Both the position numbers and the translations under genes were made by a program. Positions 24,633 through 38,200 of a stretch of DNA of 64,000 bases are shown here, one piece after another (within the stretch, counting starts at the first letter, position 1; each line of letters begins with the position of its first letter). The stretch is from Leucoraja erinacea (lineage: Eukaryota), in the NCBI RefSeq assembly GCF_028641065.1, contig NC_073388.1, forward strand, positions 46,624,001 to 46,688,000. Direction: 5' to 3'. Below the pieces are notes generated by a model. The model saw nothing but the letters and a program-made list of their open reading frames with translations. It was not told where the DNA came from and ran no database searches.

Positions 24633-26379
24633 AACTAGTGTGAATGGGTGATCAATGATCGGCATGGACTTGGTGGGCTGACGGACCCACTTCCACGCTG
24701 TATCTTTCAATCAATCCATGTATTTGCTATATTTACAATATTACTTACAATATTGTTGTATTTTCAGAATTCTATGTGTGTGTGTGTGGGGGGGGGGGGG
24801 GGGGGTGGTGTAGTTTTGCCTGTATTTAAAATATGGACTATATTTAGAAACACATTTAAAAGTTTCATTTTTAGTTTTGAGATACAGCGCGGAAACAGGC
24901 CACTCGGCCCTCCAAGTCCACACCGACCAGCGATCCCCGCACATTAACACCAGCCCACAGACTAGGGACAATTTACACTTACACCAAATATTCAAACCAA
25001 GCCAATTAACCCTACAAACCTGTGCGTCATTGGAGTGTGGGAGGAAACCGAAGACCTCAGAGAAAACCCACGCGGTCATGGGGAGAACGTACAGACAGTA
25101 CCCGGAATCGGGATCAAACCCATGTCTCTGGGTCGGGTCGGGTTCAGGCTGAATAAGGGGTTCTACCCGCAACATCACTCATCCCTTCTCTCCAGAGATG
25201 CTGTCTGTCCCGCAGAGTTACTCCAGTATTTTGTGTCTGTCTGCTGGTTTAACTTGTTTAATAGAGGATGCATCCATACACTATTAACCAGTTGTTGCTC
25301 CATTCACATGTTGAAAGGTCTGCTTTGTATTAAATTCCATCTTCCGTTTTAAATTCTAGATCGACCAGTCTTCACAAGATAGTCTGGAGTGTGAATAATA
25401 CTCAGCCCTGTGCCTCAATGATTCAACAAAATTCATAAACATAGTGCAATGTATTTGATGGCTCACCAGATATCAAGTGTCAAAATATGATAGACACTAA
25501 TTGCATGAATCATCTTTGTATGAGAACATGCAGTGGGTTCATTTTACCATCTATATATCAGTTGCCATTCATGCTGAAAATGTTGTGTTACACAAATACT
25601 TCATTCAAATATAGGATGTGGACATCGTTGGCATTGACTGTAAATTCCGTGGTGCCCTTGAGAATGTATGTGGTGGAGGGCCACAGACATGTTTGAAGCG
25701 TGGCAGTAAAGTTGGGTCGAGGGCTTGTTTTTAAAAAATCGTGTTCTATGAAGGATGATGGATTATGGAATTGCAATTCAAGATAGGGACTAGGGAAATG
25801 TGTAGGTGGTGATGTTACCAAAGAGGTTAACAATTGGTGGGAAATGTTATTGAAGAATGCTATAAATATGAAAATAATTCAGTCAGTCTATTTACGTTGC
25901 AGCTACTCCTGTGACAGATTCCAGTCACACATAAATTCAGGTTCTTGTGCCTGTGCTTCTCTACAGAGCTCTGTGCACTGTGCAGTACATTTGGCCAATG
26001 GTAACAACATTAACTGATTTGTAGCGGTGAGAATCCTTAATCTATAAAGATTTAAACTGAGGTTATATTAACATAAGGTTTGATGCTGCACTGGAAGTGG
26101 ACACATTGTGGGAGGGAACTAGGTTAGTGTGATCACCCATCATCACTCTCTACCAGGGACTCGAAATGTTATTCACAAATATAGCAGTGGGCAAAGGAAA
26201 TAGTTTTGCATCAGAGCCAGATTTGGAATGTCAATCCAGCCTTTTGCGATATCTGTAGTTTAAACCCACACTTAGTTTAGATTGCCCAACACAATAGGAC
26301 TGAGCTAACTGCAACATTGGTCCTCTGTTAACATTTAAGGTGTGTTGACTTTTTTGGCTTGTTCATCGTGTAACTAAAT

Positions 26380-27590
26380 ATGTAGGAAGGGACTGCAGAT
26401 GCTGATTTAAACCAAAGATAGACACAAAATGCTGGAGCAACTCAGCGGGACAGACAACATCTCTGGAGAGAAGGAACGGGTGGCGTTTTGGGTCGAGACC
26501 CTTCTTCAGGCTGTTGTCATAGATAAGAAAGAGTAAGATGTGAAAACACGACTAAGGGAATGGAGACAAAAATGCTGGAAAAACTCAGTGGGTGCAACAG
26601 CATCTATAGTCCCATAGATGCTGTTGCACCCGCTGAGTTTCTCCAGCAATTTTGTATACCTTCGATTTTCCAAGCATCTGCAGTTCCTTCTTAAAGAAAG
26701 AGAATGGAGATCAAGAAACATGTCGAATAGATCATTGTTGGCTGGGAGAAGGTAACAACAAAGCAAACAAAGATAAAATGTAGTCAGAGACAGTAAGACT
26801 GGTCGGAGAACTGTGAAGTGGGAGGGATGGAGAGAGAGGGAAAGCAAGAGGTACTTGAAGTTAGAGAAGTCAATGTTCATACCGTTGGGGTGTAAGCTAC
26901 CCAAGTGAAATATGAGGTGCTGTTCCTCCAATTTGCACTGGACCTTGCTCTCAATGGAGGAGGCCTAGGACAGAAAGGTCAGTGTTGGAATGGGAGGGGG
27001 AGTTAAAGTGTTTAGCAACTGGGAGGTCAGATAGGTTTAGGTGGAGTGAGCGAAGGTGTTCAGCGAAACGATCGCCAAGCCTGATATATAGGAGTCCACA
27101 CCTGGAACAGCGGATACAGTAGATGAGGTTGGAGGAGGTGCAAGTGAACCTCTGCCTCATCTGAAAAGACTGTTGAGGTCCTTGGATGGAGTCGGGGGGG
27201 GGGGGGGGGGGGGGGGATTATAGGGACAGGTGTTGCATCTCCTGCAGTTGCTGGGGAAAGTACCTGGGAGGGGGTGGTTTGGGTGGGAAGGGGTAAGTTG
27301 ACCAGGGAGGTGCGGAGGGAACTGTCTCTGCAGAAAGCGGAAAGGAGTGGAGATGGGAATATGTGGCTAATGGTGGGATCCTGTTGGAGGTAGCAAAAAT
27401 GTTTGAGGATTATGTGCTGTATGCGACAGCTGATGGGGTGGAAGGTGAGGTCTCAGGAAACTCTGTCCCTGTGGCGAAAATGTCACCAATTCCTATTCTC
27501 CAGAGATGCTGCCTAACCCGTTGAGTTACCCCAGCATTGTGTGTCTATCTTCAGTGTAAACCCGCACCTGTAGTTCCTTCCTACACAATT
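26380..27590 (-). mobile_element. Penelope-like 3' fragment (GIY-YIG) with inverted pLTR and a nested foldback insert (~26565-26695)
   Basis: ORFs 26951-27160 and 26506-26931; opposite-orientation pLTR at ~27480-27587. Confidence 0.85.
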
Positions 27591-29786
27591 CTATTGTGAT
27601 GGCCGGGGTGATTCAAACAAGCATTGGTCAACACTACAAATATTATTTAAACTTGTGTTAATATATCACGTCTGGCACTTCATGTACTTCTGGTGATCCA
27701 GTTTCTACCTCTGTCTGGGGTGGCGAATGTCAAGGATTTGTCACCTCCTGAAAGAAGGAGAGAGGTTACATGACTGGGCAAAGGATCTGGCAACTAGAGT
27801 ATATGGTGCTAAACTGTGAAAGTGTCCATTTTGCCTGGAAGAACAAGAAAGCATATTATTTACATGGGGAGAGACTTTGGAACTGTGAGACTCGGAGGGA
27901 CCCAGGTTTTATCGAGCATGATTCACAACTATGGGAAGATGAATTATTATTGATATTGTTTGGGAATTGCTTACAATAGTAAGGAGGTTGTGTTTCAGTT
28001 ATACGTATTAATGTGACTAGGAAAGAAGGATGTTAATTAGGTTACACAAAAAAGCTGGAGAAACTCAGCGGGTGCAGCAGCATCTATGGAGCGAAGGATG
28101 GTAGCGTAATGTATGAAATGCGTGAGTTGTCTTGCACACAAAAGGTTGGACAGTCTAGGCTTGGCTTCACTGGATTTTAGAAGTGTGAGAGGGGACTGGA
28201 TTGGAACAAATAATATCTTGAGGGAGCTTTTCAGGGTGGATGTGGCATAAGCAGCAACTAAGGGGTTGGGGTTGATTTATGAATATGATTTCATTTTTTG
28301 ATACAAGGTAGCATTTTCCACTCAAGTGGATCATGAGCTTGCAGCCCTTTGCCTCAAGGATTGGTGGAGACAGGTTTTGGATATTTTAAAGCTCGAAATA
28401 GAAAAATTCATATGCAAGGGTGTGAATGTTTACCGAGTAATTGGGAATGCAAAATTGAGGTTGAAAACAAATTAGGCATGATCTTACCTAATGGCAAAAG
28501 CAGGTTCATTTCTGCTTCTCATTCGTATGTTTATGTGGAATAAACAGGTCCCTCTGATGTTTGTAGATTGTGATCAGTGGAGCACTGCAGGAAAGTGGCA
28601 TTGGTCCAAACCACTGGCCATCTATGTTGGTCTACATTTCAGTGGACCAAAGATGTAATGTTACTAAGTTTCCTGATGCCACAAAACTAAGTGGGAATGT
28701 GAGTGGTGGAGAGGATGTGAAAAAACTTCAACGGGATACAGTCAAGTTAAATGAATGGGTGACAATGTGGAAAATGTGATGGTATCCACGTTGGTAGAAA
28801 AGGCTCCTGCTGCATACTTTGTAAATGGTGAGAGATTAGAAAATACTGAAATTCAGGAAGTGTCCTTGTACAATGTTCTCTGTAAGGCTGCACCTGAATT
28901 ATTGTGCACATATTTGGTGTTCTTGTACAGGGTGAAAGTCTGCGTTCTGGTGTTCTGTAGTCTGGTAACACACGTGGTCAGGCATGTTTTGGATCTGGCA
29001 TCACTGGTCTGCAGAGCAGCCACAAGGGTAGCTCGATTGGCATTTTTATATTCACTTTTTTTTTCCACATCAACAAAATTTGAGATTCAGACTTTAGATA
29101 CAGCGAGGAAACAGGCTCTTCGGTCCACTGAGTCTGCATCGACCGTACTCTAGCACTATCCTACGCACTAGGAACGTCACAATTTTGCCAAAGCCAAATT
29201 AACCTACGAACCTGTACGTCTTTGGTGTGTGGGAGGAAACTGGAGCACCCGGAGGAAACCGACGCGGTCACAGGGAGAATGTACAAATTCCATATAGAAA
29301 GCACCTGTAGTCAGGATCGAATCCGGGTTTCTGGCGCTGTGAGGCAGCAACTCTACTGCTGCCTCTTGTGCCGTGTCAAATGCAGAATCAAATGTCACTG
29401 TTTGAATTTGTATGAAATGAAAACACACAATACAGAGAACTCAATTAGTTCACCAAGGACGACCATCTGCAAGGGGCTGGTTCACAGCAGAAGGCCACTG
29501 AAGGGATTTGTTTCGGAAACTGATAAGGCATTTTCTTTTATTGATACTAGTTGCAGTGGCCGGCTCTCAGTAGGGAGTCGCTTATGGGGGGCAGAGTGAA
29601 CTGACAGCCCTCGGCAAATGTTTATGGGTGGTTAGGTTCCCATGGCAACTTCTTTGGTCCAGCTCGGTCTGATTTCAGGGGTGCCAGATCAGAGCGTTTG
29701 CCCGTACTTGCCTTCGAGCAAGTGCAGTGAAGACACATCAGATTCCTTCCAATTAGGAAGATCTGTCATGAGCAGATACATGAGCA

Positions 29787-30255
29787 GAACAGGACTGTCT
29801 TATGAAGAAAGACTGGATAGACTTGGTTTATACTCTCTAGAATTTAGGGGATTGAGAGGGGATCTTATAGAAACTTACAAAATTCTTAAGGGGTTGGACA
29901 GGCTAGATGCAGGAAGATTGTTCCCGATGTTAGGAAAGTCCAGGACAAGGGGTCACAGCTTAAGGATAAGGGGGAAATCCTTTAAAACCGAGATGAGAAG
30001 AACTTTTTTCACACAGAGAGTGGTGAATCTCTGGAACTCTCTGCCACAGAGGGTAGTCGAGGCCAGTTCATTGGCTATATTTAAGAGGGAGTTAGATGTG
30101 GCCCTTGTGGCTAAGGGGATCAGGGGGTATGGAGAGAAGGCAGGTACGGGATACTGAGTTGGATGATCAGCCATGATCATATTGAATGGCGGTGCAGGCT
30201 CGAAGGGCCGAATGGCCTACTCCTGCACCTAATTTCTATGTTTCTATGTTTCTAT
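29787..30255 (+). mobile_element. CR1 LINE 3' fragment, young (open frame)
   Basis: [18 protein letters not shown]...FFTQRVVNLWNSLP. Confidence 0.88.
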
Positions 30256-33218
30256 ACCTTGGCTTCCATTTGCCAGAAAAAATAAATATACAAAATATTG
30301 AAGAGGTGCAATGAAAAACTTTGTTTTGCCGACTATCCTTTCAAATCACTTAACATTAAACAGTCAAGCTCGACTCAAGTACAATAGGTAGGGAAAATGG
30401 GATGATACAGAGTGCAGAATATAATTATCAGCATTGTAGCACACCAGTTCCAGAGACAAAGTCCAAAGACTGCAATGGGACAGAGGTGAATCAGACAGTA
30501 CCTTAGCTTATAGAAGGATCTTTCAGACGCCTGATAACTGAAGGGAAGAAGAGTTAATGAGAAGACTAAATCAGCCTTGAACCTCAAATGATTTAGCAGA
30601 CTTAGTGGACCATGAGGGTTAACTTTGCACCAGCTCCCAAGTCATCTCTTACATTCACTTAAGAGGAAATTCTGCATGGACTTTCTTTAGGAAGAAATGT
30701 GTCTTCATTTCGCCTTTAGATCTTTCCTCAAATGTTCTAAATCAATGATGCAGGAAGTAGCTGCTTCCATTTCTCTATTTTGTACATAAGCCCTTTCATC
30801 TTCCCCGTCTTGCTTCAGGAAGAAACCTAGTTTCTCAAATCCTTCCACAAAACTAAACTCCCTCGTTTCCGGTCATCCCAGTAAATCTGAGGCTCGTTCA
30901 GTGATTTGTTATGGATTGGGAACAATAAGCAATTTTTTAATTGCTTTGATGAATATTTTTCCACCACAAAATATCTGCCACATAGAAGGACATGAGAGAA
31001 AAGCCACATGAACAGTATTGATCACCAGCAAGGGAGCCTGGTGTGCTGTCTGTGCAGAGATTGTATGTTCTCCCTGTGGCCGTTTGGGTTTCATCCCACT
31101 TCCCACAGACGAGTAGATTAGTAAGGGCGGCACAGTGCGATCCAGGCTTCAGGTACTGCCTGTGTGGCGTGTGCATGTTCTCCTTGTAACCGCATGGGTT
31201 TGTTCCGAATGCTCTGGTTTCCTCCCACGTCCCAAAGACGTACGTGTTCTTTGGCTATGTGGCCTCTGCAAATGACCCATCGTATGTAGCGAGTGGATGT
31301 GAAAATGGGATATCAAACTAATATGGACACGTGATGAATGGGCGGCATGGTCTTGGTGGGTCGGAGGGTCAGTTTGATATTGTATCTCTAACAACAGATA
31401 TATGTCATTACAATAATATCAACGAGATAATTGATATATTTTCCTTTGTGGACGATTAAACAGTCCACTAGTTTGCTTTAGGCTCATGGCTGCATCACTT
31501 CACAATCTGCAAGTAATGCCATTTCCTCCAAGTACAGTCAGTTTCAAATGGACAACCTTAAACCCGTCAGATGAATGCATAGTTGTACAGCGAACATTAT
31601 TGTTATTTCAAATCATTTTGTGGCTTTGTCTCGTCACGTTGGAGGTGATTAAAGATTGCTTGCATTTTGGGAAGTATGGTTTTGATTTCAAGAACCACAA
31701 CATCTGCAATATGTCAAACATAGCACCAGGAAGTGTGTTGTGGCTTGTACATTCTGGTACTTTTAAAAACAAGCCCGTGACAGGAACAGGAGGTCACTGG
31801 CATAATCACAGGTGTTTAGGGGCAGGACACAGGTAGGGTAGATGTGCTGCCTTACAGCACCGGACACCCAGGTTTGATCCTGACTAAATGTGCTGTCTGT
31901 ACTAAGTTTGTACGTTTTCTCTGTGATTGCGTGGGTGTTCTCTGGGATCTCCAGTTTCCTCCCACACTCCAAAGACATACAGGTTGGTAAGTTAAGTGTC
32001 TTCGGTAAAATTGTAAGTTGTCCCTAGTGTGCGGATAGTGTTAGTGTAGGGGAATCACTGGCTCAGTGGGCCAAAGGGCCTATTTCCTAAAGTCTAAAGT
32101 CCTGTATCGTTAAAATCAAAATAAAGAACATTATAGTCAGCAACACTGGTTGGTCTACGACCTTTTGGAAGGACATTAGGTGGGATTTTAAATGACTTTA
32201 AATTGTTTCACAGTCAATAACCGGTCCTTTTCAGAACGGCAGGCAGTGACTAGTGGGGTGCCACAAGGCTCGGTGCAGGGACCCCAGTTATTTACAATGT
32301 ATATTAACGATTTAGGCGAGGGAATGAAATGTGACATCTCCAAGTTTGCGGATGACACAAAGCTGGGTGGCAGTGTGAGTTGCGACAAGGATGTTATGAG
32401 GCTGCAGGGTGACTTGGATAGGTTGGGTGAGTGGGCAGATGCATGGCAGATGCAGTATAATGTGGATATATGTGAGGTTATCCATTTTGGTGGCAAGAAC
32501 GGGAAGGCAGATTATTATCTGAATGGTGACAGATTAGGAAAAGGGGAGTTTCAACGAGACCTGGGTGTCCTTGTACATCAGTCACTGAAAGCAAACAGGC
32601 AGTGATTAACGCTGATGGCATGTTGGCCTTCATTGCTAGAGGATTTGAGTTTAGGAGCAAAGAGGTCCTACAACAGTTGTACAGGGCCTTACTGAGATCA
32701 CACCAGGAGTATTGTGTGCAATTTTGTCTCCTAACTTGAGGAAGGGCATTATTGCTATTGAGGGAGTGCGGCGTAGGTTCACCAGGTTAATTCCTAGGAT
32801 GGCAGGACTGACATATGATGAAAGAATGGGTCGACTGGGCTTGTATTCGCTGGAATTTAGAAGGATGAGAGAGGATCTTATAGAAACTTATAAAATTCTT
32901 GAAGGATTGGACAGGCTGGATGCAGGAAACATGTTCCCGATGTTGCGGGAGTACAAAACCAGAAGTCACAGTTTAAGAATAAGGGGTAGACCATTTAGGA
33001 CTGAGATGAGAAAAAACTTCTTCACCCAGAGAGTTGTGAATCTGTGGAATTCTCTGGGTTAATTCACTGGATGTTTTCGAGAGGCCAATTTACTGGATGT
33101 TTGCAAAAGAATTACCAAATTAAAAAAAGAAAAAACATTACATTGATTAGTTATCTGGAGATAATTCAAAATTCATACAAACATACCATCTAGTTCTATA
33201 TAACGCAATCTTCCCATA

Positions 33219-33709
33219 TCTTCCCAGTGCACTTTCGAGTTCATTTTAAAATTCTTTTATTTGTTTTTAAATCGTTGAATGGGCTCGCCCCGCCTTACCT
33301 CTCTGAGCTGCTCCACCCATACGCTCCTGCCCGGTGCCTCAGGTCAGCTGATCAGCTGCTCCTTGAGGTACCAAGGTCTAAGCGGAAGCTCAGAGGGGAT
33401 AGAGCCTTTTCTGTTGCTGCTCCGGCACTCTGGAACACCTTGCCGTTGCACATCAGACAGGCCCCCTCACTGTCCATCTTCAAATCCACCCTAAAAACTC
33501 ATTTTTATTCTCTGGCTTTCGACACTGGCTGAGACATTGCTCCTGTTTTTAGTGCTTTTAATGTCTTTTAATTTTTACTGTTTTATAGTCCTTTGTTTTA
33601 CGGTTTTTAATGGTTTGTAATAACTTCTTGTCCATGAGTTCTCATGTACAGCACTTTGTGGCAACTGCAGTTGTTTAAAGTGCTTTATAAATAAAGTTAT
33701 TATTATTAT
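33219..33709 (+). mobile_element. L2-clade LINE 3' fragment nested in the L1/Tx1 3' end
   Basis: FKILLFVFKSLNGLAPPYLSELL...GDRAFSVAAPALWNTLP...LKTHFYSLAF; AATAAA plus (TTA)n tail. Confidence 0.88.
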
Positions 33710-34473
33710 CTAGCTCGGCATTTATCTAATTGGTGTCATGGCTCAAATAAACGGTCCATTTTTCCCAGATCTTCTCAAATAAATTCTCCTTGACTCTCAA
33801 GGAATATGTCAATTTCTCCATATTAAAGATGTCTCGCACAATTTCTAACCACTGTTCCTGTTTTGGACTTTTTTCCATTAAGCCACTGCCTGGTAATGGC
33901 CTTCTTACTTGCTGCAAGCAAAACTTTAATCAAATATGTATCTTCTATTTTTACGCTATCTTTAATATGCCCCAGATACATCACAGGGCAGGTATTTGGG
34001 ATTTTATAACCCAAGATATTATTTACAGCTGCATTAACATTTTCCCAGTATGGCCTTATCTTTACACAGTTCCAGAAAATATGCGAGTGGTCTGCCTCCG
34101 TACTCCCACACAGCCTCCAACAGTGTTGTTGGACAGCAAGTTGTCTGCTTTTTATTTTGGGTGTTATAAAAAAGCGAGATAGATTCTTCCAGCAAAATTC
34201 TCTCCATACTAGTGAGCTTGTGGATGAACATTGTGTTTCACACATTTGATACCATTCTTCTTCTGTTATTTGAATCTTTAATTCTGCTTCCCATTTTGTT
34301 TTTATGTAGAGCGTTGATTCTCCCCCGCTTCCCACCAGAGCTTGGTAGAAAGCAGAGATGACCCGAGATCCCTTCTGTTTGTATGCATCCACAATCACCT
34401 TGATCACATTATTTGAAGTTTCATCTAGTTCTGGCCTTATCTCTTTTGTAAAGTAGTCTCTTAATTGCAAGTA

Positions 34474-35210
34474 CAGGTGCACAACCTTTTATCCGGAGTT
34501 CCGGAAACCGAAAAACTCCGAAAACCGGCCATTTTTTCCAGGATGTCGTCTGCACACCAAAGCTCGCGTTTGGTGCCAAACGCAGCGCTGTGGCCGGTGG
34601 GGCTGCGGGCGGCACCGGTTGTAGCTCCGACCCCGGCAACTCTACCCCTGGCTGCGAGGCGCTCCAAATCCAGCGCCGTCCGCGGCCGGACGCCACAGCT
34701 CCGAGAATGTTGGGAGTCGGCGGCGTCGCAGCGCTGGGACACCAGCGGGGAGCGGGCAATGCCTTACCGGGTCGCCGTGCGGCAAGCTCCGGAGCGCTGT
34801 GGCCGCCGACTCCCCAACGTTCGCGGAGCGTCGCTGGATTTGGAGCGCCTCGCAGCCAGGGGTTGAGTTGCCGGGGTCGGAGCTCCAACCGGCGCCGCCC
34901 GCGGCCGGACGGAGCCCGCAGCTCCGCGATGTTGGGAGTCGCCGACCAGGTAGGGGACTAAGAATTAAAGTTTCCCCCTTCACCCCTACTCCACCACCAC
35001 CACCACATAAAATCCCTCCAAACTAACTGACTAACATTTATGCAATGATTCTCCCGGTCTCCGGGGAGGAGGCAGCAGCTCCAGACTTTTCAAGCCGCCC
35101 GCGCTACCTACCTAATCTACGCTAAAAATCTTCCATTCGGAAATCCGAAAATGTCCGAAATCCGACAAGTGTCTGGTCCCAAGGCTTTCGGATAAAAGGT
35201 TGTGCACCTG
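34474..35210. mobile_element. Non-autonomous Tc1/mariner-superfamily element, copy A
   Basis: 22-bp perfect TIR CAGGTGCACAACCTTTTATCCG, TA TSD; splits the L1 motif FFRY|LQLRD. Confidence 0.88.
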
Positions 35211-38200
35211 TATCTAAAAAAATCTTTGTTTTCTCCAGACCATACTTTGACTTTAAATCTTGGAAGCTCATAAACTCGCCATTTTCTGAAATTGTATACA
35301 TTGCCGTTATGCCTTTTTGTGCCCATTCTTTGCACTTTGAATCATACACCCCTGGCTTAAACTTTGAGTCATATGCGAACAACTTCAATGCGTGAACCCC
35401 TCTTTTTAATTTATACTTTTCCACTATAACATTCCATATTTCTAACGTAAATGCTACTATTGGATCCATAGCATGTCTCAAAGCCCCTCTCAGATATTTG
35501 TCTCCCACCAAAATCTGGGTCTGGTAACCCTGTATCTCCCTTTCCATTTCTTTCCATCGAGATTCATAATCAGGTCTACACCAACAAGCCAGAGGTCTGA
35601 GTTGAGCTGCATAAAAATATTTCCTCAGATTTGGTGAAGCCATTCCACCCTTGCTTTTCGGCAGTTGAAGTGTTGTTAGTTTTATTCTTGGTTTTTTGCT
35701 ATTCCAAATGAGTCTAAAGATCATTTTATCCCAGGCTATGAATTTATCTCGGGGGACATTAGTTGGGAGAGACTGGAATAAATATAGTAATTTAGGTAGA
35801 ATATTCATTTTTACCGTTTGTATTCTGGCACTGAAGTCTAGAGGGAAGGGTCGACCACCTTTCAACATCCTTTTTGATGTTTTCTTCAATTTTGTTATAA
35901 TTAGTTTCAAACAAGTTGGAAAGTGTTTTGGTTATAGTTACACCAAGATACTGCATCATTTTAGAGTTCCATTTCAGATTATATGCATCTCTGATTTGTT
36001 GGGATGGAGAATAATTGAATGAAAGAATTTGTGTTTTTGTTATATTCAATTTATACCCTGAGTAGTATCCATATGTTTCAAATAGGTTCATTAGATTTGG
36101 GAGACATATATCTGGTCATTCAAGAAAAATAATGATATCATCAGCGAAAAGACCAATTATATGTTCTTTCCCCCCTATTCTGACCCCCTGCAGGTCTTCT
36201 CTCTGCCTTATTGCTTGTGCTAAGGGTTCAATATACAAAACGAAGAGAGTAGGAGAAAGACAGCATCCTTGCCTTGTGCTCCTCTCTAACTGGATCCTTT
36301 TTGATATGTTTCCATTTACCTTCGAGAGGCCAATTCACTGGATGTTTGCAAGAGAGAGATTTAGCTCTTAGGGCTAAAGGAATCAAGGGACATGGGGGAA
36401 AAAGCAGGAACGAGATACCAATTTTAGATGATCAGCCATGATCATATTGAATGGCTCAAAGGGCCGAATGGCCTACTCGTGCACCTATTTTTCAATGTTT
36501 CTAATATCAATATAACTGAACGGGACAGGCAATATATCTGTAGAGAAGGAATCGGTGACGTTTTGGGTCGAGACTCTCCTTCAGACTAATGTCAGGGCGA
36601 TACAGAGGTAAAATGTAGTCGGAGACAGTAAGACTGGTGGGAGAACTGGAAAGGGGGAGGGGGTGGAAAGAGAGAGGGAAAGTAAGGGCTACTTGAAGTT
36701 AGAGAAGTAAGAGTGAGGCCCAGAGCAAATTGGAGGAACAGCGCCTCATATTTCACTTGGGCAGTTTTCTTTTTAAATTCCATATTCATTTAACTACGGA
36801 ACTTCAAAGTTACCAAGTTTAAATTCAAATTCCGTTGATCAGACATCTGGATACTGATCCCATAATTCCATAACAACCACTATGTTCCCAAACTTCCCTG
36901 CCCAGTGTGATCTATTATATTCATGTATATTGATGTGTTTATTACTATGGGGTATACACATGATGATGTAAATGAACAGGTCAGTTATAATGTTCCATTT
37001 AAGATTTTAACGTCAAGCTGGAGATCAGAAAGATTCTGATATTAAACCGTTAGTATTCATAGTGTCATCGTCATACGGCAGGGAAACATGTCCTTTGGCC
37101 CAACTTGCCTTTGTTAACGACATACTGCATCTACGCTAGTCCTACATACCCACTTTTGAGCCAGCACCGCCATTCAATGTGATCATGGCTGATCATCCAC
37201 ATTCAGTAACCTGTTCCTGACTTCTCTTCATATCCCTTGATGCCACTAGCCCCAAGAGCTCTATCTAACTTTCTTTTGAATGCATCTAGTGAATCGGCCT
37301 CCACTGCCTTCTGAGGCAGAGAATTCCACAAATTCACAACTTAAAAGGAAATCTACACCCAAAAGACAAAACATCACACTTTGATCATAGGTAGACAAAA
37401 GTGCTGGAGAAACTCAGCGGGTTTACCCGCTGAGTTTCCCCAGCACTTTTGTCTACCTTCAATTTTCCAGCATCTGCAGTTCCTTCTTAAACACTTTGAT
37501 CATATGTATTTTGTATAAAATTACTTTTACTAATAATATTAAGTATTTACATTTGATTTTTTTTGGCTTGGTTGCTTTTTTATTTCTTAGAATTGACTGC
37601 TGAGAGTATTGGCAGATGAACACAATGGTTGTGGACCACTAAAAGGTTGAAGTGCCTTCTGTCAGGCACTTATGTCCTTAACCAAACTAGCTCAGCGCAA
37701 AACCTATTCCTGTTTCAAAGTCAGCGAAGCCAATTAATAGATCAAGCTGTGCCAAAACAAACAGTGGTAGTTGTACAAAAGCAGTTGTGAAGCCGACTGA
37801 ATCAGCTTGAAGAATGTTGCTGGGTTACCAACCCGCAGAAATTCACCCTCTACAGTCAGAGGGTGGTGAATCTGTGGCATTCAATGCCACAGATAGCTGT
37901 GGAAGCCAATGGATATTTTTAACGTGGAGATTGACAGATTCTTGATTAGTACAGGTGTCAGGGGTTGTGGGTGAGAAGAATGGATTTGAGAGGGAAAGAT
38001 AGATTAATCACGATTGAATGGCAGAGTAGACTTGATGAGCCAAATGGACTATTTTGCTCCAATAACTTGAGTATGCAGCCCTATGCCTTGAATTTGAAAT
38101 CTTATGCAGAAAAACTGTTTGAGTTTTATTAAGTATACCCACAGTTCTATTAGTTTGACCACTGGGCAAAAATTCTAGAGCTGGCAGACAGCCTCTGTGC

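Larger units (their letters stand above)
33107..36320 (-). mobile_element. 5'-truncated L1/Tx1-clade LINE ORF2 (RT C-terminus and CCHC region)
   Basis: [58 protein letters not shown]. Confidence 0.88.
32215..36503 (+). mobile_element. CR1 LINE (RT: GVPQGSV...KFADDTKL) split by an L1/Tx1 insertion; resumes at ~36321
   Basis: ORFs 32192-32605 and 32712-33062; ~30-bp duplication TTCGAGAGGCCAATT(T/C)ACTGGATGTTTGCAA at ~33077 and ~36321. Confidence 0.8.

Noticed and set aside
29642-30157. 171-aa ORF as a novel fusion gene
   Set aside because: Chance read-in from unique sequence into a 5'-truncated CR1 RT tail
34421-35026. GC-rich ORFs on both strands (also 54650-55810)
   Set aside because: Interiors of TIR-bounded non-autonomous elements; stop-poor by composition
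36960-37040. C/D snoRNA-like ATGATGA...CTGA spacing
   Set aside because: No terminal stem, no recognisable guide and no plus-strand host gene
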